From: Octopus sinensis
Lineage: Eukaryota
Length of the DNA: 64,000 bases
Assembly: GCF_006345805.1 (NCBI RefSeq)
Contig: NC_043020.1
Location: 17,360,001 to 17,424,000, forward strand
Reading direction: 5' to 3'
A model generated the notes under the pieces. The model saw only the letters and a program-made list of their open reading frames with translations, did not search any database and had not been told where the DNA came from. Shown here piece by piece: positions 12,735 through 25,699 of the stretch. Each line of letters starts with the position of its first letter. Position 1 is the stretch's first letter. Both the position numbers and the translations under genes were made by a program.

Positions 12735-13380
12735 CATCTTAGTCCAGTCTTCTTAATTCCTTTGATCCCATGTGGAGAATAGGGTGCCAACAAAAGATCT
12801 CCGTCTGTCCCGATCTGGGGCAATAGATTTCAGTTGTCCCCAGGTGCAGCCGCCCGCCTGTCCTTCAGTTTCTGTAGACCTTCTCCATGTTGTTTTTGAT
12901 CTGTCCTGCTTCCATCTCCCTTGAGGTGTCCATCAGAGAGCTTGTCTTCTAATATTGAAGACAAGTTACCAAAGGGTATGTTTCAGCCAATTCTTTTTTC
13001 CTCCTCTCATCTGGGTTTCAACAGGTTGTTGGTTTGTTTATTTCCACAGGGTTTTGTTCATGAGTTTCACTCTTCTGATATTCTGAAGATATCTATTTAC
13101 AAACGTTTGTCGCTTGTCGATGGTTTGGTACATTGGCTGAGGCAAAAAAGATGATTTCAGTTCATTAGGTGACCTCGTGTACTGTCTAAAAGGTACAATG
13201 CTTTGCTGGAAATATTATTCCTGACAATCTGTCAACCAGTCTTAGAAAAACGTTTGTCCAAGTCTTCTTCTCTGAACAGCAAATTTGAAGCTTCAAAAGC
13301 TCTTGGCATTTCGGAGTAATACATGGGTAGGGTTCTTATTAATTAGCATTTCCTCCACAAGAAGCATCACAAACTATATT
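12735..13380 (-). pseudogene. RTE-type LINE 3' fragment
   Basis: Minus-strand remnant ...GRSKTTWRRS...WGQLKSIAPDRDRRRSFVGTL, typical of RTE C-termini. Confidence 0.6.
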
Positions 13381-13429
13381 TAAAACAACTTTAAAACCGT
13401 TGTTGATTTTCACCAACAAAATATATATA

Positions 13430-13941
13430 CGTAAATCCTCGAGTATAGTCCGCCCTTGAGTATAATACGCAGGGGATTTTTAGGGGGCTGTACCTCTGAA
13501 AAACCTAAACCTTGTGTATAATACGCATCCCTTCTCTAACTTGAGTCAAGGAGGTTATTATAACGTCCTTGGTTTGTAAAAATGTATATGGTAACGTCCT
13601 TTATTATTATTGTATATATAACATAATGCAAACATGTAGCTTTTTTGTGCATTTTGTTTGCAGAAAATAAAGAAATAACAGTAATAACGTTTAATAAATG
13701 TTGCTAACTGCAAGTTATGGATGATTCTTTTATGACTTCATTGCTTTCAGGCTTAGCTTAAGGTATTTTCGCGCCCGACATCACAAAATGCGTCTGAATA
13801 AACATTGCCGGACAGCAAATAGAGACTCGGACATTGCTTAGGAAATATTTTTCATTTTTAACCTCGTATACAGTACGCACTAGGGATTTTGACCTTTAAA
13901 TTTTTGGGGGAAAATGCGGATTATACTCGAGGATTTAAGGT
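13430..13941. mobile_element. pogo/Tigger-type MITE
   Basis: TIRs C(G/T)TAAATCCTCGAGTATA(G/A)TCCGC at both ends, with TA flanks. Confidence 0.8.
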
Positions 13942-14391
13942 ATATATATATATAAATCCTTGTAGGTATACGTTTCCAGAAAGCTCAGTTTCATCAACTG
14001 TGTAAATATGTTTCGGAGTACACCTCCTTCGGCAATAATTTTCTTTAGCTCTTTAGTATAATTAGTAACAGCTTCTCCATTAGTACTGGCAATTTCACCG
14101 GTGATTTTAATGTTGTGCAAAGCAATATTTTGCATCAGAATCTGTACCTTCCACTTTCTGCAAATCGCCATGCAATTTTTTAAAGTTTCACTTGAATGAC
14201 CATCTTGTCTATCAACTTTTACTTCATATCTTCCAGTTCGTTATCTCTCTTACTGACGTTCATAATTTCGTGTTCACAATTTCGAGCGAGATAATTGCTG
14301 AACTTTTTGATGAAGTAGACTCAAACAGTCATTTGAACGCGAACGTTTTTTTTGTTTTCCGTTGGTTCAATCCGTTACTCCAGTAACGCCA

Positions 14392-14665
14392 TTAAATTTT
14401 TTCCCTCTCTTCCTTTTTCTTTCCCTTTCTCTCTTTCTTTCTGATTCTCTCCCCCTTCCTCCATCCCTCTCTAACTTTATCTGACCCTCTCTCCTCCTCC
14501 TCCACTTTTCTCTTTCTCCTCCATATTTCTGTCGTTTTCTTTCTATTTGTTTCACTCTGCTTCAGTCCGTCTGTCTCTGTCTCTTTCTCTCTCTTCACTC
14601 TCACTATCTCTCTTACTCTCTCTCTGTCCCTCTCTCTCTTTCTTTCTCTCTATCTCCTTCCTTCT
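14392..14665 (+). repeat. Long polypyrimidine (CT-rich) tract
   Basis: About 270 bp, almost entirely C/T on the + strand. Confidence 0.9.
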
Positions 14666-15011
14666 TTGATTTCGTTTGTATTCACATGTTTAAGTTACAT
14701 ATCCAGGTAAGCATCACCCGCAAATATTCATATATTATTATTTTCCTGATTAATATTACTTCTTGTTTACCTCACTTAATGACTGTTATTTCAGAAAAAC
14801 ATATATTCATACATATGTACAACTTCAGGTACAACGAACTATGTAACGACAGGCTTTCAAAAATGCCTTAAAATACTGAAAATTCTCCAAGAAAGAACAA
14901 AGTAAGCTGACTTGAATCCATTGAAACCAATCGATTGATTCGTTCAGTGAAGATTGGTGAAACATTCCAAAGATTCTTCGTTTGAATTTCCTGGAATGAA
15001 CATACACAATC

Positions 15012-15194
<183 letters not shown>

Positions 15195-15348
15195 GGAGTG
15201 GCTGTGTGGTAAGTAGCTTGCTTACAAACCACATGGTTCCGGGTTCAGTCCCACTGCGTGGCACCTTGGGCAAATGCCTTCTACTAGAGCCTTGGGCCGA
15301 CCAAAGCCTTGTGAGTGGATTTGGTAGACGGAAACTGAAAGAAGCCTG

Positions 15349-15386
<38 letters not shown>

Positions 15387-16048
15387 TATATGACAGGCTT
15401 CTTTCAGTTTATATATATGCGTGTGTGTGTTTGTGTGTCTGTGTTTGTCCCCCTAGCATTGCTTGACAACCGATGCTGGTGTGTTTAGGTCCCCGTCACT
15501 TAGCGGTTCAGCACAAGAGACTGGTGGAATAAGTACTGGGCTTACAAAAGAATAAGTCCCGGGGTCGAGTTGCTCGATTAAAGACGGTGCTCCAGCATGG
15601 CCGCAGTCAAAATGACTGAAACAAGTAAAAAGAAAAAAAAGATACAGATAATACAGGCACTCCTTCCCCACACACACGCACGCTTACTAAACATAGACAC
15701 ACATAGGGGTATATGTATGCGCAAATAAAGACACATACAATAGGAATACAAAATACAAAATGGCTGATTTTTAGTGAGGAAAGACACACAAATGAGAAAG
15801 AAGAAAGCAAAGGACCACTGATGAGGTCACAGAAGTGTGATGAAAGAATTCTGGCCAAAATACGATTAATCTAAAAAATAAAATAAAGCTGAAGCAAATT
15901 AACACCAAATATATAGTACGTGTGTTTTTATTGGCTAAACTGGCAACATGACCATCTCCAAATACAACAATATGTGTGTGTGTGTGCGCGTGTTAGTGTA
16001 TACACACACACGCACGCATACACTTGATATGGTATCAAAACATTCCTG

Positions 16049-16465
16049 GGATCTTTTCGGTTTGACCGGCACTATTTTAAAATAATTTCCATGTAACTAA
16101 ACACTTTTAAACTTCGTATACTGGTAGAATGTGTTTATAAAACATCGTTTTCTCTTGGCTTTATTGAGAAAATTCTGTAGTTTGTAAGATATTTGTTGTT
16201 CTTTTTCTTTAATTTCTGCAATTTCAACCAATCAATGACGTCTATTGAGGTGAAAACATTCTGTGCCGTATGAATATGTCCCTCGTTTAAGAAATAGATT
16301 GGGATTATTTACATTTCTGAAGAAAAAAAGATACCCTTCCCCCCACCCCTAACCCTAACCCTAAAACAGATTGAAATGCAATAGATTGATACTAGGGTCA
16401 TAATTATGGGTGACAATTTCATATGACACTGCTAGAAAAAAATGCCGGTCAAACCGAAAAGATCC
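16049..16465. mobile_element. hAT-type MITE nested in the mariner TIR
   Basis: Perfect 23-bp TIR GGATCTTTTCGGTTTGACCGGCA; 8-bp TSD CATTCCTG/TATTCCTG (7/8); internal CCCTAACCCTAACCCTAA. Confidence 0.88.
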
Positions 16466-16971
16466 TATTCCTGGACTAGTTTATGTTTAATAAAAAATAA
16501 CATATTTATCCAAGTTTTAACATTATCTCCTTCGAAATAGTCCCCTTGTACAGTAATACACCAGTCCCAGCATTCTTGCCACTTTTCGAATCCAACATGG
16601 ATGTCGTTTTCCGTAAGCAAGTCGAGAACTGTCTACGATTCACTCTGGATCTCGACAATGGTGTTAAAACGGTAACATTTGAGCAACATTTCCATCTTGG
16701 GGAAGAGATAGAAATCTGTAGATGCTAAATCTGACGAATAGGGCAAATGTAGAAATGATAACATGTTGTTTTTGGCGGGAAACTCGCAAGTGAGGAGAAC
16801 TTGGTGACAAGATGCAATTGTCGTCGTGAAGGTTCCGATACTTCACGCTCCACAGATTCAGTCGCTTTCATTGAATTTCCTCCCTCAAACACTTTAAACC
16901 ATTGCAGTAGTTCTACCTTCTCGTAGAGGCAGGAATGAAGCGAGGAGGAACATTTTCTACATTTCCATTCT

Positions 16972-17003
16972 GTTGCTAAGCAACGGCTTTGACAGTCACG
17001 TGA
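16972..17003. promoter_or_regulatory. Candidate RFX X-box plus E-box
   Basis: GTTGCTAAGCAAC (16972-16984) fits the X-box consensus; TCACGTGA lies at 16996-17003. About 2.3 kb upstream of the first coding exon of a ciliary gene. Confidence 0.35.
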
Positions 17004-18934
17004 GCAGAAGCATAGATGTGTGTATCGGTGGGAGGAGGAGGGGGTAGTTAGTTATGTACCCGTGTGTTTTGTTCCTTTTTTGCTGGTGTAGCTTGCATGT
17101 GTCGGCGGCAGCGGTGGTGGTCGTGGTATGTGGTGAGCCTAAAGGCAGCAAGCTGGCAGAAGTGTTAGCACGCTGGGCGAAATGCGTAGCCGAATTTCGT
17201 CTGCCACTACGTTCTGAGTTCAAATTCCGCCGAGGTCGACTTTGCCTTTCATCCTTTCGGGGTCGATTAAATAAGTACCAGTTACGCACTGGGGTCGGTA
17301 TAATCGACTTAATCCGTTTGTCTGTCCTTGTTTGTCCTCTCTGTGTTTAGCCCCTTGTGGGTAGTAAAGAAATAGGTTTTTGGTAAGAAGGAGGACAAGA
17401 AGGAAGGAAGGCAGGCAGGAAATGTGTTGTAGACAAGGTATTTTGATGGAAAATAAATATCTGCACCTCTATGGAACTCTCTCTGTCTTATATCATTGCC
17501 GCCTTGCGGTAAGCCGAAAGTCTAGTTATAGAAAAGCCAGTCATCCTATACTTACACAGACATAATACGGTAGTTGTTCGGCCAAAATGTAAGAATGACG
17601 ATCTGGCCCTGGGGGGTGAATTCTTGATGCACAATCCCGTAGATGTCGAAAAGAACAATGAGCGTGCCCTTGACTGAAATGCGACCCTGTCATGTGCCCG
17701 TGCCACTTGAAACATTGCGAACAACCCATTGTTTTGTCGCCATAAGCTTTCTGAAGCATGTTCGATGTCTCTGTAGCAGACTCTCCAAGTTTAACGCAAA
17801 ATTTCACGTTGGCTCTTTCTTCCGCCTTCCCTTCCATGAGGAAATTGCAGACTACAGCAGACACGTGATCGCATAAACACAAATTTCACAATTTGCGAAA
17901 TAAACACAGCAATGTCACTCAGCATACTGCATCATGAAGATCACCGCTTGCTCTCACTGCACACGCAACTGCATGCTGCCATTTGTTGGTGCGCTGTACA
18001 ACTAGTCTGGGAACTTTTTGATACCACCTCATATGTTTAAGGGCATTATTAGACCGACGAATGGAAGAGCACAGAATATGAGAGCCTTCTGCATGATTGC
18101 AGGTAGAATGGACAGCGGCCGTGCCTTTTACTCAGACAAGGTTGGCTGTGGTCACTCTTTCTAGCCAACTACCTACCCACCGTGGAAAGCAAGAATTTAT
18201 GTATCACTGACCGCATTTCCCAATTAGTAGAAAATCATAGGTGCCTATCAACATTCTAGATACCAGATACCACTGTATCTTTGATAACACTGTATTACAT
18301 TTTTATATATATATATACATATTTGTCTTTGGGTAGTAAGTGTTATTTCCTATTTGCTTCTATCTTGAAATCAAAGGCAATGACCACTATTCCCTTCAAG
18401 CTTTGCTTTGGTGACATGGGAATCAATGTTTTGAAACTGACCTATTTCCCAGTATATTTCAGACAGATTCAGCACTGAGTTGCTGAACAAGAAATATAGC
18501 AAATATTCTGCTCAATACCACAGATTTGCTTGCCAATTACTTAACTTAACCACTTGAACATGTTCCTTAGTAGCTGACAACATGTGCATCTCTGATCATA
18601 AGCATGTGTCGAGAGGGATTTCGTGGATTTGAATAAATATAAGAAAAGCAAAGTTTGAAGAAAATAGTAGCCATTTTTCATACTTTCTAGGGACAAGCGA
18701 ATAGGAAATAAACAGTTGCTATACAAGGACAAAAATTGTATCACACAGTTAATTGATTATTTAACTAATTGAAGGTGACGAGCTAGCAGAATCATTACCA
18801 CATAGAACAAATTGCTTAGCAGCATTTTGTCTGTCTTCATGCTGTGAAGGGCTGACTTTGCTTGTCATCCTTTTGGGGTGTCAATAAATTAAGTACCGGT
18901 CAAGCACTGGGGTTCATCATGTTATCAACTAGTT

Positions 18935-19215
18935 TGTTCCTTCTCAAGCCATGCCTGGCTCATAAGGGCCAGTTTCCCAGTTTCCTTGGCGTATAAGTTC
19001 CCCACATGGACGGGACGCCAGTCCGTCGCAGTTGAGCTGCAAGATGCAGGAGGAAAGAGTGAGAGAAAGTTGTGGCGAAAGAGTCAGCAGAAGTTCACCA
19101 TTACCTTCTGCCAGAGCCGTGTGGAGCTTAGGTATTTCACTCATAAACACGCACATTGCCTGGTCTGAGATTCAAACCTGCAATCCCTCAACCGCGAGTC
19201 CACTGCTCTAACCAC
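18935..19215 (-). mobile_element. tRNA-derived SINE family C
   Basis: Head GCACATGGCCTAGTGGTTAGAGCAGTGGACTCGCGG plus conserved body. Copies at about 31615-31915 (+), 34770-35085 (-), 50645-50945 (+). Confidence 0.8.
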
Positions 19216-19514
19216 TAGGCCATGTGCTTCCGTTATCAACTAGGCCCCACCCTAAAAATTTCAGGCCTGAGGCCTATCACAGAAAATAAAGACTATTTGA
19301 TTAATTCTTCTGTTTTTATTTTGTCTTCCTGTTGTAGATTTTGATTTGACTGTTACTGGCGGTTAAGTGTTGATCCTGAACTTCTGTTGCAAGCACAGCT
19401 ACTAAAAATGGTGGAATAGAGAAGAAAACAGAGAGACACACACACACACACACACACACAACAGAAGAAAAGAGAGAAACAAAGAAGAGAGAAGAGAGAT
19501 ACACAGATAAAGAA

Positions 19515-19570
19515 ATGCTCAGGGATTTGAAGAAATTCAAAGGTGCCCCTTTTGGGACACAAAGAAATCG
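19515..19570 (+). CDS. CIMAP2: CIMAP2/LEXM-like protein, coding exon 1 (MLRDLKKFKGAPFGTQRN+CG)
   Basis: ATG at 19515. KFKGAPFGTQRNR matches the N-terminal GAPFG..Q..RF motif of LEXM/C1orf177 as recalled. Donor GTAAGT at 19571, phase 2. Likely exon acceptor AG at 19336-19337. Confidence 0.8.
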
Positions 19571-19847
19571 GTAAGTAACCTTATATTACATACAGGTTCA
19601 ATGCCACAAACAAGGCAACTAAGCAATCACCTCATCCACTAAAATTTGTGGACTCCACACAAATTCTGAAAGACTTGGACAAAATTTCTTAATCCAACAA
19701 AAAAATATGAGAAGTTGATAATAAATACAGATGATGACACATCTAAGACAGAAAATGATGAAGACGGACAAAATATCGCGCCTTGCTAATGATCTTCTAG
19801 TTCACTGCCTTGTTTATGTATATATATATATACATACATACATATAT

Positions 19848-19892
<45 letters not shown>

Positions 19893-20278
19893 TCATCATC
19901 GTCGTTTAGCGTCCGTTTTCCATGCTAGCATGGGTTGGACGGTTCTATGGGGTCTGGGAAGCCAGAAGGCTTTGTCAGGCCCAGTCAAATCTGGCAGTGT
20001 TCTACGGCTGGATGCCCTTCCTAACGCCAACCACTCCGTGAGTGTAGTGGGTGCTTTTTACGTGCCACCCGCACAGGTGCCAGACAGAGCTGGCAAACGG
20101 CCACGAATGGATGGTGCTTTCTATGTGCCACCGGCACGGGCCAGGCGAGGCTGGCAACGGACACGAAATGGGCGGTGCTGGCAACGGTCGTGAAACGGAA
20201 GGTTCTCTTACATGCCACCGGCACTGGTAACACATCTGCAATTTCCATTGATCGATTTCCATACATACATACACACAA

Positions 20279-20313
<35 letters not shown>

Positions 20314-20932
20314 ATAAATGTATATATATATATGTTTAATATATATATACATTACTTAAACCTTTCGGCACCTATGCAGTTTTGACCATTATTGACTTTT
20401 CTTAACTGCTCTCAAAACATAGCAGTGGAGACATGGGGGTCATAGGGTGCTTATGACTGGTCACAGGATTTGGTGTGAATCACTTCGAATTTTGCTTGAT
20501 TTATTTGGGCTTATACATAACCATAAAACTGTGAAGGTGCATGGCTTAGCAGTTAGGGTATTCGGCTGGTGGTTGTGAGTTTGATTCCTAGCAACTCGTT
20601 GCTTCCTTGAGCAAGACACTTTATTCTACATTGCTCCAGTCCACTCAGCTGACAAAAATGAGTTGTACTTGTAATTCAAAGGGCCAGCCCTGTCACATTC
20701 TGTATCATGCTGTATCTTCCGAGTACTCTAATTTCATGAGTAGGCTGTTGTGTTGATCGGATCAACTGGAACCCCGGTCATCTTAAGCGACAGAATGCCT
20801 ATTAGTTAACCCTAAAACTAGATTTCATGTTGGCAACTTCATTATAATTTTTGACTGCATTTTTCAACTGATGTAATGAGTTTGATAGCTGGAATGCTCA
20901 TTATAGCATTGAGAGATAGGGCATACATTGCA

Positions 20933-21015
20933 GGGCTGGGCTGGGCTGGGCTGGGCTGGGCTGGGCTGGGCTGGGCTGGGCTGGGCTGGGCTGGTGGGCT
21001 GGGCTGGGCTGGGCT
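20933..21015 (+). repeat. (GGGCT)n pentanucleotide repeat
   Basis: About 16 tandem units. Confidence 0.95.
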
Positions 21016-21164
21016 TTGATACTAAATGCTCTGGGACTGACACATTAGGTACATGCACTCACACACATACGCACACACACACACACACGTATATATATTA
21101 TTATATATTATATATTATATATATATATATATATACTGAAAATGCTCTGAGACCAACTTCCGTC

Positions 21165-22378
21165 ACTTTCCAGGGAGAAAAACTAGAAATGTTGATAGTT
21201 TCCGTTACCTAGGTGACCAAGTCAGCAGCGGGGGTGGGTGTGCTGAAAGTGTAACTGCTAGAGTAAGAATAGCTTGGGCAAAGTTCAGAGAGCTCTTACC
21301 TCTGCTGGTGACAAAGGCCTCTCGCACAGAGTGAAAGGCAGACTGTATGATGCGTGTGTACGAACAGCATGCTACATGGCAGTGAAACATGGGCCGTGAC
21401 TGCTGAGGATATGCGTAAGCTCGCTAGGAATGAAGCCAGTATGCTCCGATGGATGTGTAATGCTGGTACTCACACTCGGCAGAGTGTAAGTACCTTGAGA
21501 GAAAAGCTGGACCTAAGAAGCATCAGTTGTGGTGTGCAAGAGAGACGTTTGCGCTGGTATGGTCATGTGGCGAGAATGGATGAAGATAGTTGTGTGAAAA
21601 AGTGCCCACACCCTAGCGGTTGAGGGAACCTGTGAAGAGGCAGACCCAGGAAAACCTGGGACGAGGTGTGTGAAGCACGACCTTCGAACTTTAGGTCTCA
21701 CTGAGGAAATGACTAGAGACCGAGACCTCTGGAAGTGTGCTGTGCGAGAGAAGACCGGCAGGACAAGTGAGTCCACAACCCGTGGCCTTCTACATGGATG
21801 GAGCCAGCCTACGTATGCATACCTTCCCTTCTTGGACACAAAAGTCTACTTGTGAGACGTGTTGAGGCAAGTGAGGATCAGAATCGAAATCGATCAATGG
21901 AAATTGCGGATGTGCTACCAGTGCCGGTGGCATGTCGAAACTCTGCTTGTGAAGACCATTGAGGCAAGTGAGGATCAGAATCGAAATCGATCAATGGAAA
22001 TCGATCAATGGAAATTGCAGATGGTTACCAGTGCCGGTGGCATGTAAGAGAACTTTCCGTTTCGCGACCGTGCTGCAGCACCGCCCGTTTCGTGTCCGTT
22101 GCCAGCCTCGCCTGGCCCTCGTGCCGGTGGCACATAAAAAGCACCATCCGTTCGTGCCGTTTGCCAGCTCTGTCTGGCACCAGTGCGGGTGGCACGTAAA
22201 AAGCACCCACTACACTCACGGAGTGGTTGGCGTTAGGAAGGGCATCCAGCCGTAGAAACACTGCCAGATTTGACTGGGCCTGATGAAGCCTTCTGGCTTC
22301 ACAGACCCCAGTAGAACCGTCCAACCCATGCTAGCATGGAAAACGGACGCTAAATGATGATGATGATGATGATGATGA
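21165..22378 (+). pseudogene. RTE-clade LINE, 5'-truncated, with 3' UTR and (GAT)n tail
   Basis: FRYLG, AMLHGSETWAV and RRLRWYGHVARM motifs. The same 3' UTR occurs as fragments at about 19890-20270, 33260-33530, 33990-34245, 46230-46365, 47150-47750, 58400-58680. Confidence 0.9.
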
Positions 22379-23154
22379 TATATATATTTCATTTACAATA
22401 ATATCTGTTATGTACAGGAATAACTTAGAAACAAATTTTATCACCAAATCATCAGAGATTGCATAACAAGTACAGAAAACTGTAAGTTTTATAATAGCAT
22501 TCAGACAATGTTACGTCAACAAATATAACAACTGTGATATGACAGGGCAAGGAATTTACTTAAATATTAAAATGGTAAATGTAAAAAATTTCTCTAGTCA
22601 CAATAGAGAAAGGTTTAAGTAAATCTTGTCAACATTAAGTCTGAGGCAACACTACATATCAGACATCAGAGTTAGTGGCAAATAATTAATACATTTTATT
22701 GCCTCTAATTGATCACTTGTGGGTACTTTGTATTTATCTTCATGGATGCACTGGCCTAAGCTAGTGTACAATTCTATATAGATATACATTACACATAACA
22801 TCAGCAGCACCACCACCACCATTTAATGCCCATTTTCCATGCTGGCATGGGATGGACAGCTTGACAGGAACTGGTAAGGCTAGGAGCCATCTCTGGTTCC
22901 ATATTCTATTTTGGCTTGGTTTCTACTGCTGGATGCCCTTCTTAATGCCAACTACTTTATAGAGTGTACTGGCTGCTTTTTATGTGGTACCATGACCAGT
23001 TCTTTTTATGTGGCATCAGTGCCCACACCAATGCTTTTTTCATGGCACATTACATTAACATATATGAATGTATATAGAACATACTTACATATAAACACAT
23101 ACACAAACACACACACACATGCCTACACACACATGCACGCACACACACACAGAG

Positions 23155-23233
<79 letters not shown>

Positions 23234-23248
23234 CAGACAGATATACAT

Positions 23249-23284
<36 letters not shown>

Positions 23285-24007
23285 GTATTCAGACAGACAG
23301 TGGGACAGGCAGACAGACATATATATCTATACAACACACACACACACATACACACACCACATATATATGTATTCAACAGACAGGCAAGCAGGCAGACAGA
23401 TAGATAGACACAAATATACACATTGGTCAAGGGAAAGAGGCCAGACTAACGTGAGCTACCTCTTCACAGAGGTGAAAATGGATTTGCACAGGATCAACAA
23501 CCCTGCCTACAAAAATACGGAGACTGGTACATCTTCAAATTTTTTCTTTTAATTTAACAGTCAATAATATACAGCATAATTAGTTAGTTAAAATGACCGA
23601 CACATGTTTCTGTTGCACAGAGTATGTGCAGTTGCTTATGCAACCTACAGTATTCAGCATTTCTGCAATTTTGGCTGCAGTCTCTGCCCTGATCTTTCTC
23701 CATATTGCTATTTGCCCTGGCCCACAGTTGACCTTTGAGGGGTATCACTAGCCCCTTCCAGTCTTCCTCCACTCAAAACAGTGCAGGCCAATGGACTGAC
23801 ACTTCCCCACTATCCATTGCACTGAGGTTGATGTTTCCTCTCCAGCTCTCAGTGTGAAGAAAGTGGGCAGGAAGGATGAGGGGCCAGAAGTGAGGGGAAG
23901 TGATGTCACTTCAGGAAACAGCAGGTTCAAAATAGCCTCTTCTTCATGGGTGTGCTGTGAGCGAGGGACATGAGTTTGAGAATAATCATAGGGTTGTAGT
24001 TCTTTCT

Positions 24008-24625
24008 TATTTCTTTATTGCCCACAAGGGGCTAAACACAGAGAGGACAAACAAGGACAGACAGAGGGATTAAGTCGATTAGATCAACCCCAGTGTGTAA
24101 CTGGTACTTAATTTATTGACCCTAAAAAGATGAAAGGCAAAGTCGGCCTCGGCGGAATTTGAACACAGAACGTAACGGCAGACAAAATATCTATTTCTTT
24201 ACTACCCACAAGGGGCTAAACACAGAGAGGACAAACAAGGACAGACAAATGGATTAAGTTGATTAGATCGACCCCAGTGCATAACTAGTACTTAATATAT
24301 TGATCCTGAAGGATAAAAGGCAAAGTCGACCTCGGCAGAATTTGAATTTAGAACGTAACGGCAGACAAAATACCGCTAAGCATTTTGCCCGGCATGCTAA
24401 CATTTCTTACTTCTTTAAACATAGAGGAGACAAACAAGGACAAACAAAGGGATTAAATTGATTACATCGACTGCAGTGCGTAACTGGTCTTAATTTATTG
24501 ACCCCGAAAGGATGAAAGGCAAAGTCGACCCCAGCGGAATTTGAATTCAGAACGTAATGGCAGACAAAATACCGCCAAGCATTTGGGCCGGCGTGCTAAC
24601 ATTTCTGCCAGCTCGCCACCTTTTA
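24008..24625 (-). mobile_element. SINE family B multimer with 12-bp TSD
   Basis: GTAGTTCTTTCT at 23996-24007 and 24626-24637 flanks a head plus several units. Confidence 0.88.
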
Positions 24626-25362
24626 GTAGTTCTTTCTGGCCAGAGCTTGGGTTATTGTACATGTAGATACAACTGTTAAGCTTATCTGGTTCCTGTATCC
24701 TGGTGCTTGAAGGGACCATTGCCATTTGCATCTCGTGGTAAGAGGTGGAGGCAGCTACAGCAGCAGCAGTTGTAGTAGTAGAGCTTATCTGTAATCTCAA
24801 AACTAATTAAAGTTCAAGTAGAGATTATTTTGATTATCTTGCAATCAAACAAAACATCAGGAATGGTTGTTGTTGTTTTTCAGGAGCTTCAAGGAGACAC
24901 ACAGACAGAACATTATTGGGGTGAAAATGTAAGGGGTGACACACCAGGCAAACATAGAACTTATACATAAAAAAAATAAATGTTCCTTCTCGAGCCATGC
25001 CAGGTTCATATGGGCCGGTTTCACTGTTTCAGTGGTGTAGAAATTCCCCACCTGGACGGGACACCAGTCCATTGCAGGATTACTCATTTTTGCCAGCTGA
25101 GTGGACTGGAGCAACGTGAAAATGAAGTGTTTTGCTCAAGAACACAATGCATCGCCCAGTCCAGGAATCGAAACCACAACCTTATGATCATGAGTTCAAC
25201 ACCCTAACCACTAAGAACATATACATAGTGTTTAGTATATACCAAACATTGATACAGTATTTTTATTAATTTCGACCCAAGGTCAGCAATTTTTGAAGAA
25301 GAAGGAAGCTGATTACACCAACTCTAGTGGTTAACGGGTGCTTATTGTATAAACTCCTAAAC

Positions 25363-25699
25363 CAGGGGTTCTCAACCATTTTTTATCTATGGACCCCTTT
25401 GACTATCATTTTTTTCTGATGGATCCCCACAGCCATTCAATTTTTAAAAACTAGTTTTATAGAAACTTCTTTCAAAATTCTTATTTAGTTTTTCTCATAT
25501 CAACTTGTGTAGGTTGAACTATAGAAAGAAACCTAGCTGTGTCTTGCAATACATACCAATACATACATCAATAGGAAAATTTTTTCAGGGTCCCTTAAAA
25601 TACTATTGTAGGTTTTCAATTTACTATTTTGTTGTGTGGACCCCTAAAAATTTTATATGGACTCTGAGGGGCTATATCGACCCCAGTTGAGAACAACTG
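25363..25699. mobile_element. hAT (Charlie-like) MITE nested in a SINE
   Basis: TIR CAGGGGTTCTCAAC / GTTGAGAACAACTG; degenerate 8-bp flanks. Confidence 0.75.

Larger units (their letters stand above)
12190..14385 (-). pseudogene. Fragmented Tigger/pogo-like transposase remnant interrupted by later insertions
   Basis: TGEIASTNGEAVTNYTKELKKIIAEGG (ORF 13935-14171) resembles the Tigger GEAASAD..ELKKIIEEGGY region. A C-terminal-like remnant lies at about 12190-12600. Confidence 0.55.
16020..18034 (-). mobile_element. Internally deleted mariner element with nested insertions
   Basis: Related TIRs GGTATCAAAA..TTCC..GACTAGT at both ends. N-terminus EERANVKFCVKLGESATET (ORF 17541-17882); C-terminal LHDDN and YSSDLAPTDF remnants at about 16470-16909. 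Confidence 0.85.
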
